Below are positions 40,461 to 52,340 of a stretch of DNA of 64,000 nucleotides, one piece after another. The DNA lies in NCBI GenBank assembly GCA_964016885.1, contig OZ024757.1, positions 1,922,001 to 1,986,000 of the forward strand. Direction: 5' to 3'. The notes below the pieces were generated by a model, which was given only the letters and a program-made list of their open reading frames with translations, was not told the DNA's origin and did not search any database. Origin of the DNA: Eledone cirrhosa (lineage: Eukaryota). The translations under genes and the position numbers were made by a program. The stretch's first letter is position 1. Each line of letters starts with the position of its first letter.

Positions 40461-41273
40461 ATTATTATTAAAGGACTTGAACATCTGAAACTACTTCGCT
40501 TTTACTTACTCTCTCTCTCTCTCATCAAGAAAGCGAAAAATCAGTGATGCATCTGGACTTAGTTTATTTCGTGTTACAAATGTTTCGCCGGCATGTAACT
40601 CGAGTCATGGTCCTTGTATGGATCTGGCTGATTCTACTACTGCGGGTTCTTTCAGACACGGCTGTTATGTCCGGAGCAAATTTTATCACTGGGGTGTTAT
40701 CATCAAAACAACCCCTCAAAAAACCTTCTTTCCACTCTTGTCATGCCATTGGCTGTTTCTACTCCACGTCATCACAAGTTCTGGTCAGTATCTGCTGCCA
40801 CACGGTTCATCAACTCTTTTCCGTCCAACATATTTCAATGGAGTCATGCTGTGTTCAGTACATCACACGTCTGCTCACACTTCAGAGTAAGCACCCACAC
40901 ATACTAGAATAAACACATAGTAACATTCAGACATACACCTATCTATGCATTCACACTCGTACGTCTACATGCTCAGATATCCACATCGCCACATACATAC
41001 ATCGCAGTATATATACTCACACACCCGCTCTCCCATGGGCCCAGTCACACACACTTGTTGATACATGCCGCCACGAGCCTTCTGACTGTTCTGTATCATA
41101 TTCAAACGTACACATATATACATACACATGCGCGCACACACACATACGGCCAACCTTCTATACATTTAAATATATATATATACACACGCATATATACATA
41201 CACACATACATTCACATACATACATATATACGCACATGTGCATACACACATATACATACACACCTAGAATTTT

Positions 41274-41334
41274 TTTCATTCTGATGAATGAAAGTAAATA
41301 TCGTTTGCTTTCAAGAAACCACTGGTAAATGAAA
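41274..41334 (+). ncRNA. Type I hammerhead ribozyme fold in the left arm of the fold-back
   Basis: Stem I TTTCATT/AATGAAA (7 bp); CTGATGA at 41281-41287; stem II TGAAAGTAAA/TTTGCTTTCA (10 bp, one G-U, loop TATCG, A-A at the base); GAAA at 41315-41318; stem III ACC-ACT-GGT; GUA site after 41327. Confidence 0.85.
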
Positions 41335-41482
41335 CAACTATCCTATGTTGTTCATTACATAACTATATGTAACATACATACACACACATATATCCACAAA
41401 CGTAAACTCACATGTCCACACACACATATACGAACACATACGTACATAAACATTGCCTACACACGTACCTACACACACACAC

Positions 41483-41519
<37 letters not shown>

Positions 41520-42371
41520 ATATAAGTATATATAGAGAGATATATATACACACAAAAGAAAAAGAAAAAAGGACAACTTAACATGCATACGCATATCCAC
41601 ACATATACATAGAAATACCCACGCATAGGCCGAACTACATACATCTACACATGCGTGCGCATACATACACCTGCACGCATGCACACCTGCCTACCCACAC
41701 AGAAGTGCCACCACATATACATGTACATATATAAACACACCTGTAAGTGAACAGTTGAAAATACATTATGCAATAAAAAACAGTATAATAACATAAGAAA
41801 AATATACAATGAAATATAATATACAATGTGGTATATATATATACACACACATACATACATATATATATATCTATATATACATATATCCCCCTAATATACA
41901 TATATACACACACACACACATATGCACCTACGTATACATATATACACACACATACACAGACGTACACAGACTCATACGTAAACACACGCATATATACGGG
42001 TATGTATAGAGGGTATGTGATAAAATAATACATGAATAATAATAATAATGATTTCTTTCTTTATTTATTTATTATTTATTTATTTTAATAATAATGTTTT
42101 CTTTATTAACCACAATTTTTAATAATAATGAAAAAAACATATATAGTCCATATATAAACATCCGCGCACATTCCCAAGAGATGCACATAAACACATACAT
42201 GTATGCACAAAACATATACACACATATAGAGGCCCGTGAATGCATGCACCTGCACCCACACACACAACGACATATATACACCCATACACATCCACACATA
42301 TATACACACACACTTACCCGCCCGCACACATCTACTCATATGTGGCTATACGTACTTACTTACTCACTCAT

Positions 42372-42422
<51 letters not shown>

Positions 42423-43841
42423 CACATATATGCTTATATATAGACACACGTATACACACACACATATACCCACATCTGCCACATATGTATATATATGTGC
42501 ACATGTCTGCACGTACATGCGCGCATAAGCTCGCGCACCCACACCAATACCCACCCACGCATATATATATACACATACATACGCATCTACACACACACAC
42601 ACGCACATATACCCACATACACGTGTCCACACATAAAAAGAAACTCGTGAACATAAACACTATGATAATAAAATAAAATATGTAAATAAATTTACAATAT
42701 TATAGGTACATTAAATCTGTATGTAACTGCATAAAGGTACTTATTTTACCCCTTCTTTTCTTGTACCTTTATGCAGTTACGTAGATTTAATGTACCTATA
42801 ATATTGTAAATTTATTTACATATTTTATTTTATCATATTGTGTTTATGTTCACGAGTTTCTTTCTTTTTATGTGTGGACACGTGTGTGGGTATATGTGCG
42901 TGCGTGTGTGTAGATGCATATGTATGTGTATATATATATATGCGTGGGTAGGTATTGGTGTGTGTGTATGGGCATGGGTGCGTGGGTGCGCGAGCTTATG
43001 CGCGCATGTACGTGCAGACATGTGCACATATATATACATATGTGGGTGTGTGTGTATACGTGTGTCTATATATAAGCATATATGTGTATGAGTGAGTAAG
43101 TACGTATAGCCACACATGAGTAGGTGTGTGTGTGTGTGTATATAAGTGTGGATGTGTAAGGGTGTATATATGTCGTTGTGTGTGTGGGTGCAGATGCATG
43201 CATTCACGGGCCTCTATATGTGTGTATATGTATTTGTGCATACATGTATGTGTTTATGTGCATCTCTTGGGAATGTGTGCGGATGTTTATATAGGGACTA
43301 TATGTTTTTTTCATTATTATTATTATTATTCATGTTGTATTATTTTATCACATACCCTCTATACATACCCGTATATATGCGTGTGTTTACGTATGAGTCT
43401 GTGTACGTGTGCGTCTGTGTATGTGTGTGTATATAATGTATACGTAGGTGCGTATGTGTATGTGTGTGTGTGTGTATATGTATAATAGGGGGATATATGT
43501 ATGTATATATAGATATATATATGTGTGTGTGCGTATATATATACCACATTGTATATTTTTCTTATGTTATTATACTGTTTTTTATTGCATAATGTATTTT
43601 CAACTGTTCACTTACAGGTGTGTTTATATATGTACATGTATATGTGGTGGCACATCTGTGTGGGTAGGCAGATGTGCATGCGTGCAGGTGTATGTATGCG
43701 CACGCATGTGTAGATGTATGTAGTTCGGCCTATGCGTGGGTATTTCTATGTATATGTGTGGATATGCGTATGCATGTTAAGTTGTCCTTTTTTCTTTTTC
43801 TTTTGTGTGTATATATCTCTCTCTATATATACTTATATAAA

Positions 43842-43877
<36 letters not shown>

Positions 43878-44011
43878 AGGTACGTGTGTAGGCAATGTTA
43901 ATGTACGTATGTGTTCGTATATGTGTGTGTGGACATGTGTGAGTTTACGTTTGTGTATATATGTGTGTGTATGTTACATATAGTTATGTAATGAACAACA
44001 TAGGATAGTTG

Positions 44012-44072
44012 TTTCATTTACCAGTGGTTTCTTGAAAGCAAACGATATTTACTTTCATTCATCAGAATGAAA
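44012..44072 (-). ncRNA. Mirror copy of the hammerhead fold in the right arm
   Basis: Exact reverse complement of 41274-41334 (TTTCATTTACCAGTGGTTTCTTGAAAGCAAACGATATTTACTTTCATTCATCAGAATGAAA). Confidence 0.85.
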
Positions 44073-44139
44073 AAATCCTATGTGTGTATGCACATATGCG
44101 TATATATGGATGTATGTGAATGTATGTGTGTATGTATAT

Positions 44140-47095
44140 GATAATGATAATGATAATATTGTGTAAAGTGCTCAGGTGCACTACAACTCGTCAATATAGT
44201 ACATAGAATAATACACAAATGTCAGGGAAGTACATGTGTGTATGTGTTAGCTGTAGTGTTGGCGGATCTCGGGAAGCATGGAGGCCTTAAAGGATGCAGT
44301 GTCTCGACAGCTAACAACTGATGCAGGTGGTTTGTTCCATGCTTCAGCAACTCTGAGCGTGAAAAAATGTTTCCGAAAGTCATGGGAACTGAGCTGTTTT
44401 CTGACTTTGTAGGCATGTCCACGTGTGTTAGACACATGGAAATCAAAAAGGTACTCAGGGTTGTTGTTGGCAACATGGTTAACACTTTTGTGGGTGTTTA
44501 CCAAGTCAGTTGCCAGGCGTCGGAGCTTCAATGTATCCATGCCCAGGGAAGCAAGGCGCTCAGGGTATGGTAGATGCCTGATGGAGGGTATTCGCTTGGT
44601 TGCACGTCTCTGAACAGTTTCCAGGCGGTCAATGTCCTGAGCAAGATAGGGGTTCCAGACTGGTGATGCAAATTCTAAGTGTGGTCGCACCATAGCCATG
44701 TACTGCCTTAAATAGATATCTGGAGAGCGGCTGACAAAGGTCTTGCTGAGTGATGCTAAGATACCCTCGGCCCTCTTGACAATTTTAGAGACGTGCCTCG
44801 TCCAACGCAAATCGCTGCTGACCGTAATGCCCAGGTCACGTTCACAGGAAGACTTCTTGATATTAGTGCTGTGGAGGGAGTATGTGGACGCTGGGTTTTT
44901 ACTCCCAAAATGCATGGTGGTGCACTTGTCCACAGCTAGCTTGAGTTGCCAGTCTGAGATCCATTGTTGCATTGTGTCCAGGTCAGACTGCAAGCAAGAT
45001 CTATAGTGTTCAGGATCTGTCCTTTTTATCTCAAGGTACAGCTTGATGTCGTCTGCGTACTTTAGTACTGTGGCATTCCTTAAGTTGGCATCTATGTCAT
45101 TAATATATGCCATAAACAAAAGGGGGCCAAGAACAGATCCCTGTGGTACACCAGATGATATCTCATATGGTGAGGAATGCTGTCCCAGAACCGTGACTAC
45201 CTCTCTTCGACTGAGAATGAAGGACTTCAACCAGTTAAAAAGATCATCCTTCACACCCATTGCAGAGAGTTTTGCCATAAGCCTTTTGTGTGGCACAGAA
45301 TTGAAGGCCTTCGCAAAGTCAAGGTAAACAACATCCACCCATGAGCCGCCATCAGTGATCCGGGTGATGTCCTCAAGAAACTCTATAAGTTGATCACAGC
45401 AGCTGGAGTTGGGGATAAATCCAAATTGCGTGGGCCGGATAACACTGAGAGCTCCAGAAGTTCCAAAGTGTTTCTCTGACACAGGATTCCATCAGTTTGG
45501 CGATGCAACTAGTAAGACTGACTGGACGATAGTTCACAGGTGATGTGCGGTCACCCTTTTTGAACAGAGGAATGACACTGGCAGTTTTCCACTGTTCTGG
45601 AGTAGCACTGTTGTTCAGACAGAATTGGAAGAAGAGTGATAACTGGTGTAGAAGGAAGTACCCACCACGTTTAAGAAGCAGGTACGTAACACCATCAAGA
45701 CCAGGAGAGGCATGGTTGCGTTTATTTTTTTAGGTGACGTCGCAGCATTGCAGGTGTAAATTCCATGGTTGTAATAGAGTCCGGTGTCATAGGTGGTGGA
45801 GATGGTACACTCTGGTCTTCAATAGTGAAAATGCCTGCATAGCATTCAGCAATGAGCTCTGCACATTCCTTGGGGTCGTCAGTAACCTGGCTTGTGTGGG
45901 GATTGCGAAGAGGACCAACTGGAGAGTGAGGCCTCTGCTTTGAGTGAACATACTTCCAGAACACCTTACTGTCAGGGCTGGTTGCTATGCGCTGCTCAAA
46001 TTGAAGCACTGCCTTTTTTGTCACCTGTTTGAGGTGGTTGGACGATCTATTTCGCCTCTTCCTATTAATGTCTGATTTGTGAAGTTTGTACTCACGTTCA
46101 GCATTGCGCCGTTCTTTTCTGGCAAGACGGACTGCTGCAGTCTCCCAAATTGCGCTTTTGGGATGTTTTTTCCACTTACGTGGCACCGATGCTGCACATG
46201 CTGTCCATATTGAGCTCAGGATGTTGTGGAGTACAGTGTTGACATCTCCAGAGTCGTAGAACTCAAGCCAGTTTGGCCGTTGCAACTCGGTGCAGTAACA
46301 GTTCCAGTCTGCTTTATTCCAGTCAAAGTGAGCAGTTTGGAGATGGTTGTGGTTCTTGTTACTGCCCATGAGGGATAGATTGGCAATGATCATAGCATGA
46401 TCAGTCACCTAAAGGTTCCTCAGCAGTAACACTAATGACCGTTTCAGGAGTAGTGGTGAAGAGTAGGTCCAAAGTGTTGTCACCTCTCGTTGGGGAGGTG
46501 ACCACCTGGGACCAACTTGAGTCCAGCACCAGCTCAAGGAAGTCATTTGCACTTGGCGGCCAACGAAAGGTCTCCCAGTCAATCTCAGGGTGATTGAAGT
46601 CACCTGCAATGAAAACATAAGTGGCTGTCTTCCTGGCAGCAGCTCTGAGGATATCACAAAGTTGAGTGTCCTGATGGTAATTTGGGGGACGGTAAACGAC
46701 TCCAAGTAGCAGTGTTGACATGGTCATACGTATATCGCAGAAAAAAACTTCCTGCTGTGATTGGTTCAAATCAGCACAAGGAATTGCCGACAGATTTGAC
46801 CGAATGTAGACCATTACACCACCACCACCACGATTAATGCGGTCTTTACGAAACAAGTTGTAGCCAGTCATGCTGAAAACCCCATCACAGAGTAAGGGAT
46901 GTGCCCAAGTTTCCGTGACTGTAATGAAGTCCGGGTTGATACTTTTGACGTAGGAGTCAAAAAGATGAATCTTATTGCATAGACTACGTGCATTCAAGGA
47001 CAACAATTTGTACCTTGATTCCAGTCTATGATTATGTGCAGGGGATGGCAGGTTGTTCTGATTTAGTTTCCCAGAGTTTTTTCAGTTTCTTTATT
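44140..47095 (-). mobile_element. CR1-clade LINE, 5'-truncated; near-complete ORF2 (APE endonuclease plus RT) broken by about 3 frameshifts
   Basis: APE motifs LNARSL, VTETW, GGGV, YRPP, GDFN, LDL and TDH. RT motifs YRPVSLTS, QFGF, YLDFAKAF, SGVPQGSVLGPLLF and YADD. CR1-type C-terminus PHLEFASPVWNP, VQRRATK and FFTLRVAEAWN. Frame breaks near 46405, 45725 and 45480. The 3' tail is (ATTATC)n near 44140-44157. Confidence 0.93.
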
Positions 47096-47099
47096 TATG

Positions 47100-47132
<33 letters not shown>

Positions 47133-47876
47133 TTAAATGTATAGAAGGTTGGCCGTATGTGTATGTATATATATATGTACGTTTGAATATGGCATGCTTA
47201 CCCAATTGATACAGAACAGTCAGAAGGCTCGTGGCGGCATGTATCAACAAGTGTGTGTGACTGGGCCCATGGGAGAGCGGGTGTGTGAGTATATATACTG
47301 CGATGTATGTATGTGGCGATGTGGATGTCTGAGCATGTAGACGTACGAGTGTGAATGCATAGATAGGTGTATGTCTGAATATATATGTGTGTGTTACTAT
47401 GTGTTTATTCTAGTATGTGTGGGTGCTTACTCTGAAGTGTGAGCAGACGTGTGATGTACTGAACACAGCATGACTCCATTGAAATATGTTGGACGGAAAA
47501 GAGTTGATGAACCGTGTGGCAGCAGATACTGACCAGAACTTGTGATGACGTGGAGTAGAAACAGCCAATGGCATGACAAGAGTGGAAAGAAGGTTTTTTG
47601 AGGGGTTGTTTTGATGATAACACCCCAGTGATAAAATTTGCTCCGGACATAACAGCCGTGTCTGAAAGAACCCACAGAAGTAGAATCAGCCAGATCCATA
47701 CAAGGACCATGACTCGAGCTACATGCCGGCGAAACATTTGTAACACGAAATAAACTAAGTCCAGATGCATCACTGATTTTTCATTTTCTTGATATCTACA
47801 CTCTACTCTGATGAATATCGAGTGCTAATTTTGTGCATACTGCCTACGGAAGCACCATAGCTACCACTATACACAA

Positions 47877-47907
<31 letters not shown>

Positions 47908-48231
47908 ATTATAATGGAGTATTCCACTACTACTTTTGGTAAGGTGAGAGAAACTCAGTATAGAATAAGTCCTCAGATTGTGAAGAGTTTAAAACAGACG
48001 AAATATTCTTCGAAAGTTATTGTTGTTGAGGACGGTGAGGGTAGCAGAGCATTAATATATAAAATGAAGACAAACCAACTTAAATCCATTCTTTAATATC
48101 TACGTTTGTTTGTGATAATGTGATATTCATATGAGAAACACCTCTAGCGAAGGCGGTGATCTTTGTTGATGTCCCTCCTGAACAGAGATCCACCTCTGCA
48201 GCAGTTGGAAATGTGGAGAATTTTATTTTAA

Positions 48232-48453
48232 TAAGGTTTCTGGTTTAAGAACAAGGCCAGCAATATTGTGGGAGGGGAAAGTCAATTAAGTTGGCCCCAG
48301 TGTGTGACTGGTACTTTATTTTATCAACCCTGTAAGGATGAAAGGCAAAGCTAATCCTGACGGAATTAGAACTCAGAATGTAAAGAGATGTCACTATATA
48401 CCACAAAGCAGGGTGTCTGACGCTCTACCGATTACTGCTAAACCACCGCCCTT
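48232..48453 (-). mobile_element. tRNA-derived SINE (same family as 40268)
   Basis: The reverse complement reads AAGGGCGGTGG...CTGAGTTCTAATTCCG...TTTGCCTTTCATCC...GATAAAATAAAGTACCAGT...GGCCTTGT. Confidence 0.8.
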
Positions 48454-49154
48454 AATAATAATAATAAAATGAGACCATAGAATTCTCCCTTAACTATATC
48501 TCATCCAACTGACACCAACATGGTTGTCAATCTGATGTTGGTAAATACACATTTCTTTGTTGCAAGCCAGGATCATGTTGAGGGTTGGGTTGGATATAGA
48601 CCTTGAGGGTCCGAGGCACTTCGGGTTTTGGGGGCCCCTTGTAGCAAGCACTATTTCAAAGCTGCGGAAAAATTTGGTTGTACTTTGTCACTCGCCAGCC
48701 CTTGGGGGTTGGTGGTGTATAACAAAGTTGACTTCCGCCCAGCAGCTGCTTTGCACCTTTTTTTCACTTCTCCCCACCAATTGCAGCTTTCATTTTGTGG
48801 ACACAAGAAGTCACTAATTACGTTCCCGGTCAATATCTAGCAACATGTAGCACTTACCAAGAAACTTTGGCCCTCTCGGCAAGGGCCCAGTCAACTTTCT
48901 TCCTACCTAAATATATTTCACACACATTGTTATCCTTCAACTTAACTATGCCTTTCTGCTACCAATATTTGATACAACATGTAAAGACTTATTACTAACG
49001 TAGTTACGTTCCAATATTTTGTATATTGATAGGCTGTGTGTTTATGTTTAGTAATAAGTTCCATGGTTGAGGAAAAGGATCAAACCTAAAAGCACACATT
49101 AAAATATAACAAAGGTTAATTTTCCTCTGTAAATTAATACAAGCATTAAAAGAG

Positions 49155-50390
49155 TCATCATCATATCTTGTCTCGCCAGTGCCGTATCCATTGAAGTGCA
49201 GCGTTGTTTGCTTCCATCAGGTCTTGGTCGGAGCATGTGGGCCCCAGTGAGCACCCACAGAGGATGTGGGCTATGGTCTGGGAGGTCTCGCCGCAGGGCA
49301 CTCAGCACAGGTGGCCAATCTCCACTTGTGGAGGTTGTCTCCAGTTTTGCCCGTTTTGGCTCTGGCCCTGTTTAGGGTTACCCAGTCCTTTCTGCTAAGA
49401 GATGTTCCATTGGGGAGGCTTTCATTTGGGCTTGGTAAGGCCGCATTGGGTGGGCAGCGGTCACTCTCCCTCCACTTTTCCAACCTGTAGGCCCCCGATT
49501 GTGCATGCTCCAGGCTATCCACGGTTAAGAAGCTTTTTCGAGATTTTAATCGTCTTCTTATTTCCTGGTGGCCATAGAGTGGATGCCTGGGATCGTGCTG
49601 TTTGCCTCAGTATTATGGGATCTGCACCCCAGCTGGTGTTGGTTAGTTTGCTGAGGAGATTATTACTAGTTGCCAGTTTACTTTTAAGTTTGTCTATGTG
49701 TTGTTTGAAGGAGAGCGTTCTATCAAGGGCAACTCCGAGGTAAACTGGATGAGGGTGATTTTCCAGTTCATTGTGGCCCCATCTGATTTTTAGTTTTCTG
49801 TTTTCTTGGTGATTGTTAAGATGGAAGGCACACACCTGCGTTTTGCTGGCATTAGCGTTAAGGTACCATTTTTTGTAGTATGCAGAGAGAGTTGTCAGGG
49901 CATTTGATAGTCTTTCCTCGATTGTGTCAAAGGAACCTGACTGTGTTGCGATGCAGAGATCATCCGCATGTATGAATCTACGAATATTGTGGAACTGCGG
50001 CTGGTCATTTGTGTAAATGTTGAACAGCATAGGGGCTAGCACAGAGCCCTGTGGGAGTCCGTTGTTCTGGACCCTCCACCTACTTCGCCTGCCATCCATC
50101 TCAACAAAGAATCGCCAATTGATGAGCAGTGACTCAATTATGCGGACTGCAGTCGTGTTCCGAACTGTTTGGACCACCTTTAAAAGAAGTGTTCTGTGGT
50201 TCACGCTGTCATAGGCAGCTGTGAGGTCGACAAAGACTGCTCCGGTAATTTGTTTGGCCTCGAATCCATCCTCGATGTATTGAGTCAGGTTCAGTACTTG
50301 ACCGCAGCATGATCGGGCGGGTCGGAAGCCAGCCTGGTCTGGAGATAGTTGTTCTTCTACAGTAGGGGACAAGAGTGAAAGGCTGCAGGT
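49155..50390 (-). mobile_element. 5'-truncated LINE RT fragment, Vingi/Ingi-like
   Basis: QAGFRPARSC, FVDLTAAYDSVNH, GLPQGSVLAPMLFNIYTND, HADD (degenerate YADD), YLGVALDRTLSF and a C-terminal W..LNRAR...C..C region. The tail is (GAT)n near 49155-49163, and an internal deletion is apparent. Clade assigned from memory. Confidence 0.8.
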
Positions 50391-50465
50391 ATACTGCATA
50401 ATTAAGTTCAACACTGAAACTGTACTCCTAACAAATCCAGAACGTAGTTGTGTTCCAATATTTGG

Positions 50466-50592
50466 TATATTGTATATATACAATATATTGTATATACAAT
50501 ATATTGTATATACGATATATTGTATATATACAATATATTGTGTATATACAATATATTGTGTATATACAATATATTGTATATATACAATACAT
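50466..50592. repeat. Tandem self-complementary 18-20-bp unit (ATATTGTATATATACAAT)
   Basis: About 6 copies of a palindromic monomer, followed by CA/TG/TA microsatellite. Confidence 0.85.
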
Positions 50593-50745
50593 TGTATGTG
50601 TATATTGTGTGTGTATACACAGACACACACACACATATGTATGTGTGTGTGTATATATATACACACATATGTGTGTGTGTATATATACACACACACACAT
50701 GTATGTGTGTATGTGTGTATATAAGACTCATGAATGTGTTTTCAG

Positions 50746-50900
50746 CAACAAGATAAAGACAATGATGATGATGATGAAGAGGAAGAAGAAGAAGAAGAAG
50801 AGGATTATTCATTGCCATTAAATTACAAACGACTGGAGATCAGGGCTAAGTCCACCAGGGCTGACAACATGCTTAGTTCAGGTTTAAACATATCTCGCAA
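50746..50900 (+). CDS. MTRES1: MTRES1-like coding exon 2 (155 bp)
   Basis: Acceptor TTTTCAG, donor GTAAGA. It encodes QQDKDNDDDDEEEEEEEEEDYSLPLNYKRLEIRAKSTRADNMLSSGLNISR(N), similar to the MTRES1 acidic tract plus DYKDLEKAVQSFRYDVVLKTGLDIGRN as I recall it. It ends in phase 2. Confidence 0.9.
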
Positions 50901-50952
50901 GTAAGACACACTCTAAATTGTTTCATTCTTCTTCTCCATTGCAATATATATT

Positions 50953-51160
50953 ATGTGTGTGTCTGTGTGAGTGTGTGTCTGTGTGAGTGTGCGTGTGTGT
51001 GAATGTCTGTGTGTGTGTGTATGTATGTCTGTTTGTGTCTGTGTGTGTCTGTGTATCTGAGTGTGTATATGTATGTGTGTGTGTGTCAGTGTGTATATGT
51101 GTCTGTGTGAGTATGTATGTGTCTGTGTGTGTGTATCTGTATATGTCTGTTTGTGTGTGT
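50953..51160. repeat. Degenerate (GT)n microsatellite in intron 2
   Basis: Seen directly. Confidence 0.9.
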
Positions 51161-51269
51161 CAGTGTTTTTGTCATGTATAATAACGGGGTGTGTGGTGGA
51201 CTAAGAGTAGGGGTGGCAGTATTACTAGCCCAACGTCCCCTCAACTGCCCTCAATTCTCTCCATTTCAG

Positions 51270-51342
51270 CCAAGTTGACCAACATTTCTACAGCGGCAAC
51301 TTAAGAATGAACAACGGAAAACTGTTGAAGAAGAGTAAAATT
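51270..51342 (+). CDS. MTRES1: MTRES1-like coding exon 3 (73 bp), S4-like domain core
   Basis: Acceptor CTCTCCATTTCAG, donor GTGAGT. AA|C completes an Asn codon, then QVDQHFYSGNLRMNNGKLLKKSKI, which parallels recalled KVEDAFYKGELRLNEEKLWKKSRT. Phases fit both neighbouring exons. Confidence 0.92.
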
Positions 51343-51362
51343 GTGAGTACCTTTATTTAGAT

Positions 51363-51606
51363 TGGGTACTGGGTACTGGGTACTAGGTACTGGGCACTAG
51401 GTACTGGGTACTGGATACTAGGTACTATGTACTGGGTACTAGGTACTATGTACTGGGTATCAGCTACTAGGTACTGGGTACTAGGTACTGGATACTATGT
51501 ACTGGGTACTATGTACTAGGTACTGGGTACTAGGTACTGGATACTATGTACTGGGTACTATGTACTAGGTACTAGGTACTGGGTACTGGGGACTGGGTAC
51601 TAGGTA
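51363..51606. repeat. 7-bp tandem repeat (GGGTACT/AGGTACT/ATGTACT)
   Basis: About 34 copies, starting about 20 nt after the exon 3 donor. Confidence 0.92.
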
Positions 51607-51763
51607 GCAAATTGTCAGAGTGATTAGGACGTCAGATAGAATACTTTATGGTATTCGTTCCGAGTCTCTATTCTCGGAGTTCGAATCCCGCTGAAGTTAA
51701 TTTGGCCTTTCATCTTTTCGACGTTGATAAAAAAAAGTACCTGTCTCGTGCTGGGGTCGATTC
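51603..51763 (+). mobile_element. Diverged tRNA-derived SINE
   Basis: B-box GGAGTTCGAATCCC, then GCCTTTCATC...GTTGATAAAA...AGTACC...CTGGGGTCGAT. Confidence 0.7.
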
Positions 51764-52148
51764 TTCCTCTCTTTCACTTTCTATGTTTCTCTGGAAGAAA
51801 TCTGTTGTACTCAGGCCTGAAGAGGGTGGGTGCTGCCAGGCTTAAAATACGCAAGAAACGCTGTCAATACGGCCCCTTTACGACAGGGGTTATGGGACCA
51901 TACATACAGGTTCTAGTATCTTTCTAGTTTAGCTTTTATTTCTACCTTTATTTTCTGATGAAGGACTAGTGTCAGAAACATTAAGGCTCATATTTCAAGC
52001 CTTAAACTAATATATTTTTTCATTGTACTGTGTTGTTTGCTTTGATATTTCTGTTTACTTTCTACATAAACACAGCCTTCAAATTCCATATATATATATA
52101 TATACACACATACATATATATATGTGTATATATATAGACATACATATA

Positions 52149-52340
52149 TCTATATATATAAAACTGTTGGTGTCTGTGTATGTGTGTGTGTGTGTGTGTA
52201 TGTGTCCTCATTTTTGCAAAGTCTAAACAAATCCACATTTCTACTCCGATTGACTTGCATTTATATATTCCTTGCGGTGTAAAGATATTAACTGCAGCTT
52301 TTATTTTTCAATTTTCTGTTGTTAAAGGGGTGTTAGGCGC
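52149..52340 (+). mobile_element. Non-autonomous Helitron-like 5' fragment
   Basis: A|TCTATATATATAAAACTG followed by GT microsatellite, a head similar to the element at 52691. The 3' extent is uncertain. Confidence 0.4.

Larger units (their letters stand above)
40524..47793. repeat. Long inverted repeat (fold-back): left arm 40524-42740, 22-bp spacer 42741-42762, right arm 42763-47793 (interrupted by a CR1 LINE)
   Basis: GTAACTGCATAAAGGTAC and GTACCTTTATGCAGTTAC flank the spacer. ORFs 40544..40912(+) and 47405..47773(-) are mirror copies. The outer ends are ATCAAGAAAGCGAAAAATCAG and CTGATTTTTCATTTTCTTGAT. The arms differ by substitutions and microsatellite indels. Confidence 0.95.

Noticed and set aside
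40544-40912. Duplicated 122-aa ORF in both palindrome arms as a gene
   Set aside because: GTG start and no recognisable domain. Its apparent conservation only reflects the inverted duplication.
41400-43990. Many short Y/I/H/T/C/V-rich ORFs
   Set aside because: They are translations of CA/TA/TG microsatellites.
40524-47793. Palindrome as a long-read fold-back artefact
   Set aside because: The arms differ by substitutions and indels, and only one contains a 3-kb LINE. Read-level confirmation is still advisable.
47980-48012. GTGAAGA-GTTT..AGAC-GAAA hammerhead-like string
   Set aside because: The core C3 is replaced by G and there is no stem I.
48825-48900. - strand KLTGPLPRGPKFLGKCYMLLDIDR as a Gypsy integrase fragment
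   Set aside because: Too short, followed by stops, and no other LTR-element domains are nearby.
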